Shown: positions 21,787 through 33,350, numbered from the stretch's first letter. The stretch: DNA of 64,000 bases from an uncultured Haloferula sp. (GCA_965652295.1 CBFGTS010000007.1:32001-96000), one strand, 5' to 3'. The notes: generated from the letters alone by a model not told the origin. Translations and numbers: made by a program.

Positions 21787-22773
21787 ATGAAAATTCATAT
21801 TCGAGTTTTGTTGGGTTTCGCAATTGGTGCAGTGCTTCTGACGGGATGTGATCAAAAAAAAGCATCCCCAGGCGCAGAGAAAAAAAGCGACGTTCCTATT
21901 TCATCAGAGGCACTCCCTGACTTACTCGTGTTGGACGACAAGAAATTGGATCGCGACCGTGAAGGGGCTGAAGTGAGGGGTCCTAAGCAGAAACATTCGG
22001 AAATTATTTCTTCTCCAAATCAGTCGAACCCAATTGGGGATCGGCTAAGGAGTCACCTGGAAGGCCTCCGTCCAGATGAATCAGAGTATGATTATGTTAT
22101 AAATCAACTTTGGAACAAGAGTCTTTCTCAAATGTCAAATGAAGTGCTCGAAAGTTCGCATGAAGAAGATGTATACAAGGGTGTGATGCTGCCTAAGGAA
22201 TTAAAAGGAATGGAGCCTTCAAATAGATGGGTAGACACTCCCGAAGCCATGCTAGGTGGTGTAGCATTTATGGCTGTCGCTGCGAATGATGGTCTGCTGC
22301 TTAGCCTTGCCCAGCAAGCTTCGGATACGTTGCCTCCCACAAAGGCGGACTTGGCTATTTTTGAGGCTTTAAACGATGCGATAAAAGAGCTTGGATCCAC
22401 TAGAACGATTGCGTCGTTTGAAAATTGGAAACCTTTAGCGAGAGCTCGCAATCCATTGTATCGGCTGCTTGCTCTAAGAGCTGCAATACGTTCGACCTCG
22501 CAGGCTGCCTCCGACCTGTCGTCAGAGGACCCGAGCTACAACCGTGTCGATGGGTCTGCCAAGCTCGACTTCTACCTAGGCTTCCTTGACGAAAAAGATC
22601 CACTCATATTGGGCGAGGCAATTTCTGCCGTTGCAACCGTACCAACCCCCGAAGCCCGGCAAGCAATCGAGAAGTTCAAGGCGACGCAGCAACAACGTGG
22701 AAATGCCTCGCTCGTGGAGGCTGCGACAGTAGCTCTTCGCACCCAGGAATTGATCTCCAAAAGCTCGCGTTGA
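21787..22773 (+). CDS. Lipoprotein with HEAT-like helices (putative cognate immunity protein)
   Basis: Lipobox LTGC; starts 12 bp after the upstream stop; AT-rich codon usage; C-terminal DPLILGEAISAVATVPTPEARQAI. Confidence 0.75.
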   Translation: MKIHIRVLLGFAIGAVLLTGCDQKKASPGAEKKSDVPISSEALPDLLVLDDKKLDRDREGAEVRGPKQKHSEIISSPNQSNPIGDRLRSHLEGLRPDESEYDYVINQLWNKSLSQMSNEVLESSHEEDVYKGVMLPKELKGMEPSNRWVDTPEAMLGGVAFMAVAANDGLLLSLAQQASDTLPPTKADLAIFEALNDAIKELGSTRTIASFENWKPLARARNPLYRLLALRAAIRSTSQAASDLSSEDPSYNRVDGSAKLDFYLGFLDEKDPLILGEAISAVATVPTPEARQAIEKFKATQQQRGNASLVEAATVALRTQELISKSSR

Positions 22774-22784
22774 TTTAGAGGGTC

Positions 22785-22861
22785 ATGGAGATACTCAACA
22801 AGATCGACGTGGTCACACGGCAAGTGAATACGCCATCAGGATGTAGCTCGAGCGGGCGGAT
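22785..22861 (+). pseudogene. Probable frameshifted gene remnant
   Basis: MEILNKIDVVTRQVNT, then AIRM*LERAD in a shifted frame; resembles the N-terminus ..K.D.A.RQL.TAIR.F.E..D of a hypothetical protein family (recalled, not searched). Confidence 0.35.
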
Positions 22862-23004
22862 GGTTCAATTTGACCAGTCACTGCTCAGGATGGAGGTTTT
22901 GCCCACCTAGCCAAGGCCCCATTCAATGGTGCCCGAACCCTCATTTAAATTCGCTGCTGATCCCCGGTTCGGCTCAATTTAGTAACTCAAGCCCCATAGA
23001 CATC

Positions 23005-23451
23005 ATGACGGTCAAGCGTATGGACAACGTCGGCATCGTGGTCGAAGACCTCGATGCCGCCATTGAGTTTTTCGCCGCGCTGGGGCTTGAACTCGAGGGG
23101 CGAGCTCCAATCGAGGGGGACTGGGCTGACGGCGTCACAGGGCTTCGTGACATGTGCGTCGAAATCGCCATGATGCGGACTCCGGACGGCCACGGTAGGA
23201 TTGAGATTTCCCGATTCATCGCCCCGCCGGTGATCTCCGATCACCGCGCTGCCCCGGTGAACGCTCTCGGCTACCTGCGGGTCATGTTCAATGTCGAGGA
23301 TATGGACGATACGCTCGACCGCCTCGGGAAGTACGGCGTGGAGATCGTTGGCAGGGTGGTCCGGTATGAAGATGCCTATAAGATTTGCTACATCCGAGGG
23401 CCTGAGGGAATCCTGATTGGACTCGCGCAAGATCTCGGACAGGAAAGTTGA
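23005..23451 (+). CDS. VOC/glyoxalase family protein
   Basis: MDNVGIVVEDLDAAIEFF..LG, RTPDGHGRIE, YIRGPEGILI. Confidence 0.93.
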   Translation: MTVKRMDNVGIVVEDLDAAIEFFAALGLELEGRAPIEGDWADGVTGLRDMCVEIAMMRTPDGHGRIEISRFIAPPVISDHRAAPVNALGYLRVMFNVEDMDDTLDRLGKYGVEIVGRVVRYEDAYKICYIRGPEGILIGLAQDLGQES

Positions 23452-23510
23452 GTCGCACCGCGAGGACGGGCCCGAACGGTGCCAACTTGAGCCCGTGGTC
23501 GAAAGAACTC

Positions 23511-26237
23511 TTATGCCGGCCGGACGGTCTCGGCCATGGCGGAGAGGTGAGGCTGCTTCCCCCCGAGGAAGGCGGCGACGCGGGCTGCGGTGACATCAGG
23601 CGCGGCGCAGGTGGCGGCGTAGTCGATTTCCAGGGTGGGCAGGCGGTGGCGCTTGAGGAAAGCGTGGGCGGAGAGCAGTTGGTCGTGGAACGCCCGGCTC
23701 AGGGCGAGAGTGTCCGGGTCGCGCCCTCCGAGCATGCGGCGTTGCGAATCGATCACTTGATCGACGGGGCGGCGCATGAGGATGACGCGGTAGTGGATGG
23801 GTTCGCCGTGGGCGTCGCGCACGGGAAGGAAGGGCAGGAGGGGGGCGACGATTTTGACCGCATGCCCGCGGGCTTCGGGTAGCCAGCGGTTGTCCTTCGA
23901 GAGATCGAGCGTGGCGCGGTGCTCAAGGTAGCCGTGCGGGTTGGAGGCGTCGGCGGCGCGGGCGTGGTCGGTGAAAACCGGGACACCGGCGGCGGCGAGC
24001 ATCTGCATCATCATGGAGGTGCCGGAGCGGGGAAGGCCGCTGACGACGGTGATGATCTGTTCGGGCGGAGCTTCGGTTTCGATGGGAAAATCGAAATTCG
24101 GAGTCGAGGGAAGCGGTGCCGGCGCGGCGGGTTCGACCCGTTGTTTTTCGAGGGAGCGGAGCTTCTGCCGGGCGGCGTGGGCGAGGGAGGAGAAGGAGGC
24201 GGAAAGGCCGCTGTCGCCGCGATGGCGGAGCTGGATTTCCGAGAGCATCCGGTAGGCCGGGGCGTGCGAGGAGTTCATCCGGATGGTGACCAGAAAGGCC
24301 TGTTCGGCGCGGTCGATGTGGCTGGCGCGGTAGCAGGCCATGCCGAGGAGGAAGTGCACCAGAGGTTGCTCGAAAACGAGGCGGAGCGACTCCGTGGCGG
24401 CCTCGATGGCGGCCTCGAAATCGCGACGTCCGAGGCGGGCGCGTGCGATGCCTTTCCATGCCGAAGGGTTGTCGGGGTCGATTTCGAGGACCTCTCGGAA
24501 GATGGCTTCCGCTTCATTCCATTCGCGGAGGCGGAGCAGCATATCGGCCTCGGTGTTCCGGGCATCGGGCCGCGAGCGGTAGGCGGGGGAGGTGGCACGC
24601 AGCCGGGCGAGGGCGCGGCGGTAGTCGCCAGCGGAGAAGTCACCGAAGGCCATGAAGTGGCGCAGGGCGTCGCGGTCGACATAGGCGCGGGTTTCGCGGC
24701 GTGCCGGATTTTGCGGATCCGGCTCTCTTCGGACGCGTCGCGCGTCGCGCAGGCGGTCGCGGACCAGTTCGCGGACGAGACGTTTCACCTCGGCGGGGTG
24801 GCCGATGGCGTGGTGGCAGGCGGCGAGGCGGACACCGAAGCGGGGCTCGCCGGGCCACTCTTGGCGCAGGCGTTCCAGCAGCGGCCGGGCGTCGGCATAG
24901 CGCCCGCAGTCCATGTAGCTCTGGGCGAGGTTGTAGGAGAGTTCGCGGGTGGTTTTTTCCGCCTCGGCACTGGCATCGGCGTCGGGCGGGGAAATGTAGC
25001 CGAGGGCGACGAGTTGCTCGATCGCCGCCCGCGTGTCGGTGGGGCTGGCGGTGGTGCCGACGGGGTGGCTGCCGTCCTCGCCTTCGAGGGCTTCCCAGCT
25101 CGGGATCGAGCGGACGGGTGGCGCGGCTTCGGCGAGTTCCGGGATGATTTTTCCATCCATGTCCTGTCCGACGGGAAGTCCGAAGAGGGCGAGGATGCTC
25201 GGGCAAATGTCGAGGATGCCGGCTCCCATGACCTTGCGGCCTGCCGGGATGCCCGGGCCGCGTGCGGCGAAAATCCCGAAGCGGCGGTGTTCGCTCGCCG
25301 GCCCGGCGGGTTCGATGGGGAGAGCGGTCGGCAACTGCGAGCCGGACTGGAAGCCGTGGTCGGACACGAGCAGTACGGTGGCGTCCTCGCCAGCGAGCTG
25401 GAGCAACGTGCCGAGCATCATGTCGTGGTAGCGGTAGGCTGCCTCGACGACGCCGTGATAGAGTTCGAAGTCGCGTTCCGGGACGTCCGCGCGGTGGGGC
25501 GGGTGGAACTTCATGAAGCCGTGGCAGAAGTGGTCGATCGCATCGAGGTAAACGGCCGCGAAGTCCCATTCCTCGTTTTGCATGAGCCCGGTGGTCACGC
25601 CGTGGAGCGTGGTGCACTCGGCCAGGATGCGGGCGATGGCTTGCAGGCGGATGTCCGACGCTTGATCGATCTCCGCCGCCCGGGGAACAAAGGGTAGCAG
25701 GTGCGAGGCGTCGAGCTGGTGCGGGTGGATGCGGAGGTTGGCGAGCGTGTTGGCGAGGTGGGGCGGATGCACTGCGCCGGGCGGCACGGGCCAGTCCTGA
25801 TCGACCGCTGCGGTGGTGAGCTGGAACTGGTTGGAGACCATGCAGCCATCGATCGGCTCGGCGGGATGGCTCGGCCACCAGCCGACGACGAGCGAACGCA
25901 GCCCGTGGAGCTGGAGCATGTTCCAGAGGGCGCGGCAGCGGCGCGAAAGTGAGGTCACCGGGCGCACGCCGCCGCTCAGCGGGTCGAGTTCCGTGAAGCC
26001 GTGGATGCCATGTTTGAAAGGACGCTTCCCCGTGGCGATGCTTGTCCAGAGCATCGGCGAAAGCGCCGGCTGGATGGTAGCCAAGCTGCCGGAGACGCCT
26101 TCCTGGAGAAAGCGGGCGAGGTGGGGCATTTTCCCCGTCGCGACCAGCGGGTGGATGATCTGCCAGTCGGCGGCATCCCAGCCGATCAGGAGCACTTTCC
26201 GTCGGCCGGGGGTGGCGCCCTGCGGCTCAGGCGGCAT
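23511..26237 (-). CDS. Alkaline-phosphatase-superfamily phosphodiesterase / TPR / sulfotransferase fusion protein
   Basis: LIGWDAADW, SPMLWTSIATG, DHFCH, SDHG; central TPRs; PAPS-binding SGLPRSGTSMMM; start re-assigned to MPPEP. Confidence 0.9.
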   Translation of the reverse strand: MPPEPQGATPGRRKVLLIGWDAADWQIIHPLVATGKMPHLARFLQEGVSGSLATIQPALSPMLWTSIATGKRPFKHGIHGFTELDPLSGGVRPVTSLSRRCRALWNMLQLHGLRSLVVGWWPSHPAEPIDGCMVSNQFQLTTAAVDQDWPVPPGAVHPPHLANTLANLRIHPHQLDASHLLPFVPRAAEIDQASDIRLQAIARILAECTTLHGVTTGLMQNEEWDFAAVYLDAIDHFCHGFMKFHPPHRADVPERDFELYHGVVEAAYRYHDMMLGTLLQLAGEDATVLLVSDHGFQSGSQLPTALPIEPAGPASEHRRFGIFAARGPGIPAGRKVMGAGILDICPSILALFGLPVGQDMDGKIIPELAEAAPPVRSIPSWEALEGEDGSHPVGTTASPTDTRAAIEQLVALGYISPPDADASAEAEKTTRELSYNLAQSYMDCGRYADARPLLERLRQEWPGEPRFGVRLAACHHAIGHPAEVKRLVRELVRDRLRDARRVRREPDPQNPARRETRAYVDRDALRHFMAFGDFSAGDYRRALARLRATSPAYRSRPDARNTEADMLLRLREWNEAEAIFREVLEIDPDNPSAWKGIARARLGRRDFEAAIEAATESLRLVFEQPLVHFLLGMACYRASHIDRAEQAFLVTIRMNSSHAPAYRMLSEIQLRHRGDSGLSASFSSLAHAARQKLRSLEKQRVEPAAPAPLPSTPNFDFPIETEAPPEQIITVVSGLPRSGTSMMMQMLAAAGVPVFTDHARAADASNPHGYLEHRATLDLSKDNRWLPEARGHAVKIVAPLLPFLPVRDAHGEPIHYRVILMRRPVDQVIDSQRRMLGGRDPDTLALSRAFHDQLLSAHAFLKRHRLPTLEIDYAATCAAPDVTAARVAAFLGGKQPHLSAMAETVRPA

Positions 26238-26856
26238 CGCGGTGGCGACGGCGGTGGAAGGTCGAAATGCCGGCGGCACCGAGGGCCAGCAGGGCCAGTC
26301 CGGAAGGTTCGGGGACGGCACCGACTTCGAGCGTCGCGCCGCTGTCGTCGTAAGCCCATTCGAGGATGCGGGCGTCGGCGAGCACCGTGTTGGAGACGGA
26401 AATACGAGCCCAGCCGTAGACCGGATTACCTCCGTTCACATCGTCGGAGGTGAAGGTGAAGGCGAACAGGTTGTCGCTGGAAAACTGGGCGTTGTTGGCG
26501 AGGAAGACGGAGCCTGACTGGTATCCGAAGATGCGGTCCGAACCGGAGAATGCACCGGGCGTGTCGCCGATTTTGACTGTTGGCGCGCTGCTTTCACGAA
26601 AGAAGCCGAAGAGATCGCCGGAGGCCATGGAGAGCGGTCCGATGCCGCGGACGAAGCCGTAGGCGCTGGAGGCGAACTCGGTGCCGATGGTCAGCCCGAC
26701 TTCCTGGTTTCCGGCCGGGGTGATGTCACCGGTGCTGGTGACGCTCAGCCCGTCCATGTGAATGATCGCGCCGTGGGCGGAGGGGGCGAGGGTTCCGGCG
26801 GCGAGGAGGAGTTTTGCGGTCCGGTCGTAGAAGGAGGAACGAGGCTGGGTAGGCAT
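26227..26856 (-). CDS. PEP-CTERM sorting domain protein (YGW..AY type)
   Basis: Signal peptide; YGWARI...WAYDDSG; VPEP-hydrophobic-RRRHR. Confidence 0.9.
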   Translation of the reverse strand: MPTQPRSSFYDRTAKLLLAAGTLAPSAHGAIIHMDGLSVTSTGDITPAGNQEVGLTIGTEFASSAYGFVRGIGPLSMASGDLFGFFRESSAPTVKIGDTPGAFSGSDRIFGYQSGSVFLANNAQFSSDNLFAFTFTSDDVNGGNPVYGWARISVSNTVLADARILEWAYDDSGATLEVGAVPEPSGLALLALGAAGISTFHRRRHRDAA

Positions 26857-26987
26857 GCGCTCAGTGATTGAGTTTCGAGGCTCTCAGATAACGGAAAGTC
26901 TTCTGTGGCGACAAGACTTAACTTTCCGGGATGACGTAGGAGTTGCTCCGGGTGGAGGTCATGGATTCGCGAGCACCGGCTCCCGGA

Positions 26988-27902
26988 TCATGCGGCTTTG
27001 CGACGCCGGCTGGTGAGAAGCAGGGCGGCGGCACCAGCGAAGGCAAACGAACCGGGTTCCGGCACGGTGCTGAAGGTGACGCCGATCGAGGAGAAGTAGC
27101 CTCCGGCGACCAAGGTGGACGGATCGATGAAGCCGATGCGGTCGTTCCCTCCGTCGGCCAGGGCACCGGTTTGCATGCCGAGATAGAGCATGTCGGTGGA
27201 AGGGCGGCCGGCGATGACGGAGTAGGGGACAAGGATGGCGACATCCACCTCGTTGGAGCCGAGCGTGCTGAGTCCCGCCGAGTAGACGCGATGGGGATCG
27301 GAGCCGTAGGGCAGAGTGTCGCCCGAAGCGAAGAGCTGGGGCGAGGTGTGCTGCTGATAGATGAGGTTGATGCCCAGCGGATCGTTTGCGGCGGTGTTGG
27401 ACTGCATTTGAAGCATGCTTTCCCATTTGCTGATCTGCTGGGCTTTGACGGAGCCGGGCCAAGCGAGAGCGGCCATGTTGGGATCAATCGTGGTGGCGAC
27501 CGAGAGGGTGTCGGCGCTGGCGGGCCCGGCCCAAAGCATGAAGTTGATGACGTCGAAATCCGGTGTTCCTCCGGTTTCGTTGAAGTCGATTCCGAAGGCG
27601 AGGTAGCGGGTGCCTTGGAAGGTCAAAGTCGGCACCTGCCCCAGGGTGATGGGTTCCATGTCGGCTTGGGTGAAGCCGGACAGGTTGTCCTTCGACCAGT
27701 TGGCCTTTCCGTCGTCGACCTTGAAGGCGGGATTGATGTTGATCCCCGGCCGCATGATGTAGATCGAGTCGCCGTAGTCGGTCGGGACGCGCGCCTCGGA
27801 GCCGGCGGTGGAGCTCTCAAAGAAGACGGAGGTGGCGGACGCCGGAACAATGAGACTGGCGAGGGAAAGGGCGGCGAAAGGGGCTCGGCCAAATCGGGGC
27901 AT
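26988..27902 (-). CDS. PEP-CTERM sorting domain protein
   Basis: Signal peptide MPRFGR..PASA (alternative start 27923); VPEPGS-hydrophobic-RRRK. Confidence 0.88.
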   Translation of the reverse strand: MPRFGRAPFAALSLASLIVPASATSVFFESSTAGSEARVPTDYGDSIYIMRPGININPAFKVDDGKANWSKDNLSGFTQADMEPITLGQVPTLTFQGTRYLAFGIDFNETGGTPDFDVINFMLWAGPASADTLSVATTIDPNMAALAWPGSVKAQQISKWESMLQMQSNTAANDPLGINLIYQQHTSPQLFASGDTLPYGSDPHRVYSAGLSTLGSNEVDVAILVPYSVIAGRPSTDMLYLGMQTGALADGGNDRIGFIDPSTLVAGGYFSSIGVTFSTVPEPGSFAFAGAAALLLTSRRRKAA

Positions 27903-28092
27903 CAGGGTACGGTACGCGAGCATGCGTGGGGGTAGGGGTGGGGTGTGGGCGGAAGACGGGTGGGGGTGGACCCTTAAGGAATCTGAAATGCTTATGGACA
28001 CGAAGCACCTCTCCTGCAAGCTACGAAATTGCGTAGAAGTAGCGGCTCCGGACTTCGTTTTCCCCGGCCCCGGCAGGGGACGGAGGAGTAAC

Positions 28093-29238
28093 TCACTGGG
28101 CGAGAAGCCAGGAGATGTGGGGCGTGTAGAGGTCCGGCTCGAGGAGGAAAGAGTCGTGACCTTTGTCCGAGTGGACGGTGATGTGCATCACCTCGGTGCC
28201 GGCGTCGTGGAGGTGGCCGACGAGTTCGGCCTGCTCTTCGGGGTAGAAGCAGAAGTCGGAGTCGATGGAAAACACGAGCCACTTCTGCCCGTTCTCGGTG
28301 CATCGGGAAAAGAGATCGGCCGGCGTTTCGGCGTCGCCCTCGCGGGCACCGTCGAATTTCGACCAAAGGTCGATGATCCGCAGGTAGGTGTTGGCGTCGA
28401 AGCGCTTGGTGAACTTTTTCCCCTGATGGAGCATGTAGCTCTGGAACTGGTCGCGGACGCGATACCAGGCGAGCGACTCGGTGTCGTGGACGACATCACG
28501 GCGGGCGCGCCGCTCGAATGTATCGAGGTGGACGAAGGTCTTATGCGAGATCATCCGCGCCAGGGCGAGACCGTAGGCCGGGTGGCCGTTGTCGTAGTAG
28601 TCGCCGCCGTTGAAAAACGGGTCGTTCTCGATGGCGAGGATCTGCTCGAAGAGGATCAGGCGGTTGAGGACGGTGGTCTTGTAGCCGGCGGCGATCGAGA
28701 TCACGCGCGGCGTGCGTTCCGGATAGCGGGTGGCGAAGGTGAGGGCGACCAGCCCACCGACGGAGGGGCCGACAATGGCGTGCAGCTTCCCGATGCCGAG
28801 GTCGTCAAGCAAACGGGCCTGGACCTCGACCTGGTCGGCGGCGGTGAGGTGGGGAAAGGTGGACCCGTAGGGTTTTCCGGTGCGCGGGTCGATGGAGGCG
28901 GGACCGGTGGAGCCGTAGCAGCCGCCGAGGTAGTTGACGCAGATGACGAAGAATTTGTCGGTGTCGAGCGCCTTGCCGGGGCCGATGATGCCCTCCCACC
29001 AGCCATCGTGCATTTCCGGCTGCCAGCGGTCGTCGATGCCGGGGATCGAGGGATTGTGCCCTGCGGCGTGATGGCTGCCGGAAAGGGCGTGGAACAGCAG
29101 GATGGCGTTGGAGGCGTCGCCGTTCAGCTCGCCCCACGTTTCGTAGGCGAGGGTGACTTCGGGGAGTTCGCCGCCCTCGCGGAAGCGCAGCGGGGCGCGA
29201 TCGCGGAAGGTGGCGAACCGGGTGATGACGTCGGACAC
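28093..29238 (-). CDS. metX: Homoserine O-acetyltransferase
   Basis: YETWGELN, FHALSG, GWW..IGPGKALDT, G.S.GG nucleophile elbow, FDANTY, GHDSFLLE. Confidence 0.95.
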   Translation of the reverse strand: MSDVITRFATFRDRAPLRFREGGELPEVTLAYETWGELNGDASNAILLFHALSGSHHAAGHNPSIPGIDDRWQPEMHDGWWEGIIGPGKALDTDKFFVICVNYLGGCYGSTGPASIDPRTGKPYGSTFPHLTAADQVEVQARLLDDLGIGKLHAIVGPSVGGLVALTFATRYPERTPRVISIAAGYKTTVLNRLILFEQILAIENDPFFNGGDYYDNGHPAYGLALARMISHKTFVHLDTFERRARRDVVHDTESLAWYRVRDQFQSYMLHQGKKFTKRFDANTYLRIIDLWSKFDGAREGDAETPADLFSRCTENGQKWLVFSIDSDFCFYPEEQAELVGHLHDAGTEVMHITVHSDKGHDSFLLEPDLYTPHISWLLAQ

Positions 29239-29327
29239 GGGACGGGTTGTCTAGAGCCGGTGGTTGTCTGTGCCAAGCGTGGAGTGAAAAGCGGACGCGC
29301 CGGGGGGAACCGTCCAGCGCCCGTCCG

Positions 29328-31295
<1,968 letters not shown>

Positions 31296-31449
31296 GCGGC
31301 GGGCGGGAGCATGCATGCCCAGCCGGCGAGGTCCACTGCGGACTGGGAGAAGAGCCTGGAGTCCGGCCGGACGTTCAGACAGGGGGCTGTGCAAAGGCGC
31401 CCGAAGCGTCCGGCCGGTGTATCCAGGGGAATCTTTTACGACGCCGGCT

Positions 31450-31896
31450 TCAGCGAAGCGCGGCGGTTTGGGAAAGTGACTCGTCGGTCGCCGCGGCGAC
31501 CACGATGGGCGACTCGGAGTGTACGGCGACGATCATCCGGGCCTGGCGCTCGAAATAGCGGAGCCGACGTTGGTCGAGAGCGACCGCGCCTTCTGCCTGG
31601 CGCAGCGTGATGGCTTCGGCACCGAGCCACGATTGATTGCGGGCCACGAATTCTTTCCAGGACATCAGCGTGCCCAGGGGGCGGACGGCGATGTGCTCCT
31701 GAAGCTGGTCCGGCACGTGGAGCAGGGCTCCTTGAGGAACCATGGTCCAATTGGTGCCATCGTGGAGAATGATCGACTCGTAGGGAGACGTGGATGCCCT
31801 TTCGGTATCGGTCGGTTGGGCGGAATCGGGGGTGGGTCGTGCGCTGGCGGAACTGATGGCCAGCGCTAATCCGACAAGGATCAGTGCAGCTTTCAT
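31450..31896 (-). CDS. Secreted hypothetical protein
   Basis: Signal peptide MKAALILVGLALAISSASA; coding-like composition. Confidence 0.75.
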   Translation of the reverse strand: MKAALILVGLALAISSASARPTPDSAQPTDTERASTSPYESIILHDGTNWTMVPQGALLHVPDQLQEHIAVRPLGTLMSWKEFVARNQSWLGAEAITLRQAEGAVALDQRRLRYFERQARMIVAVHSESPIVVAAATDESLSQTAALR

Positions 31897-32049
31897 GCGG
31901 GGGGGATGTTGGGGGTGGAAACGGGGGGGATTTGGGGACTCGGCCGGTCCGGGGAGGATCCGACGGGGGGGATGATGACCCGGGGGTGGGTCAGACAACG
32001 CCCGAACTTTGACTTCATTTTGCACGGACAATCAACCCATGTTCAGCAT

Positions 32050-32067
32050 CCTACGCGATCGCGTAGG
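32050..32067. promoter_or_regulatory. Perfect 18-bp palindrome, candidate transcription factor operator
   Basis: CCTACGCGATCGCGTAGG, about 150 bp upstream of the 31896 start. Confidence 0.45.
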
Positions 32068-32118
32068 GCGAAGAACTCCCGGATTGAGGCTCGAAATAGA
32101 CTGATTATCAACGATAAA

Positions 32119-32162
32119 GGAACAGAAACGGCCGGAGTTTCCTTTCGGAAAGACCGGCCGTT
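32119..32162 (-). terminator. Probable terminator of the cyclophilin gene
   Basis: aacggccgg..tttcc-tttc-ggaaa..ccggccgtt hairpin with an A-rich flank on the left. Confidence 0.55.
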
Positions 32163-32216
32163 GAGTGGTTGAGATTGTTAGGGAAACCTAAAGATGCCGC
32201 AGGATTCCGAGCGGGA

Positions 32217-32759
32217 TTATTTTTCCAGGATCGAGTTCCAGTGCTCCACGTGGTCCTTTTGCGCTTCGAAGAGTGCCGCGGTGTCGTCGTGGATGGTGAT
32301 GGAGCGGATCGCGTCGCCCTTGCCATCGGCTTTGCAGCCGGGCTCGCCGGTATTCACCTTGCCGACGATGTTCCCGACGACGTCCTGCCCGCCGGTGACT
32401 TCACCGAAGACCGAGTGGCGGTTGTCGAGGAAGGGGGTGGGAACGAGCGTGATGAAGAACTGCGAGCCGTTGGTGCCCGGGCCGGCATTGGCCATGGAGA
32501 ACATCCCGGGCTTGGTGTGTTTCAGATCGGGGTGGAACTCGTCCGCGAACTTGTAGCCCGGGCCGCCGCGACCGGTGCCGGTGGGATCGCCGCCTTGGAT
32601 CATGAAGCGTTCGATGACCCGGTGAAAGGCCACCCCGTCATAGTAGCCGTGCTTGGCGAGGTTGAGGAAGTTGGCGACCGTCAGCGGTGCCTTTTCGGCG
32701 AACATGGTGGCCTCGATGTCTCCCTTGTCGGTGTGGAGTGTGATGCGGATATCGGACAT
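32217..32759 (-). CDS. Cyclophilin-type peptidyl-prolyl cis-trans isomerase
   Basis: [40 protein letters not shown]. Confidence 0.97.
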   Translation of the reverse strand: MSDIRITLHTDKGDIEATMFAEKAPLTVANFLNLAKHGYYDGVAFHRVIERFMIQGGDPTGTGRGGPGYKFADEFHPDLKHTKPGMFSMANAGPGTNGSQFFITLVPTPFLDNRHSVFGEVTGGQDVVGNIVGKVNTGEPGCKADGKGDAIRSITIHDDTAALFEAQKDHVEHWNSILEK

Positions 32760-32987
32760 GGGCCGCATTCTCCGCGCCCGCCGCTGTCCGGGCCAGCGAA
32801 ATTGCCCTGCAACCTGTGAGAAAGCGTGCTGGTGGGGCAGTGGTGACGAAATGAGGAGTCCATCTCAAGGCACACCCCTTGCCTGTCTATGAGCGGCGGC
32901 AGCTCGACAATAAGGCCGGGCAAGCTTAGGAAACTCACCTCGGGCGGGAGTGGTCTCCACCTGCTTCCATCGGGTAGAGATTTTTCC

Positions 32988-33269
32988 ATGCAACGATCCC
33001 CAAATTCCTCACGCTTCAGGAGCGCCCTGACCTCTGGAAGCGCTGCGGTCCTTGTGTTGCTGGCCATCTCGGTGAACATCAGCGGCCTCGATGGGGTTTC
33101 GTGGATTCTCAAGGATTTTTGGCCCTTGTTTGCGGTGTCTGCCGTCCTGGCATTTGTCGTGGGCCTGTTCCTCAAGAAGCGAAGATTGAGGTGGAGCGCC
33201 CTGGCGGGTGCCGCAACCGGTCTGGTCTGCGCCTTGCTGATATTGATGTTCACAGTCTCGGGGATCTAA
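32988..33269 (+). CDS. Small membrane protein
   Basis: Three hydrophobic segments; start uncertain. Confidence 0.55.
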   Translation: MQRSPNSSRFRSALTSGSAAVLVLLAISVNISGLDGVSWILKDFWPLFAVSAVLAFVVGLFLKKRRLRWSALAGAATGLVCALLILMFTVSGI

Positions 33270-33350
33270 CCGGACTCATCAGGGGCGGGGGACCACGCGG
33301 AAACGTTGGCGCGAACTTGAGGAGGCCCTGTGCTCAGCAGTCCTTCCCGC

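Noticed and set aside
23919..25697. 592-aa + strand ORF (and similar ones at 27808-29391, 29799-31235, 57057-58253)
   Set aside because: They lie entirely or almost entirely opposite well-supported genes and look like typical GC-rich shadow frames.
26896..26919. AAGTCTT-N10-AAGACTT inverted repeat between the PEP-CTERM genes
   Set aside because: Only 7-bp arms and a single occurrence; could be chance.
27928..27966. G-quadruplex-like G tracts upstream of a PEP-CTERM gene
   Set aside because: Fits the pattern, but C-rich leaders precede several genes here, so it is more simply a 5'-UTR composition bias.
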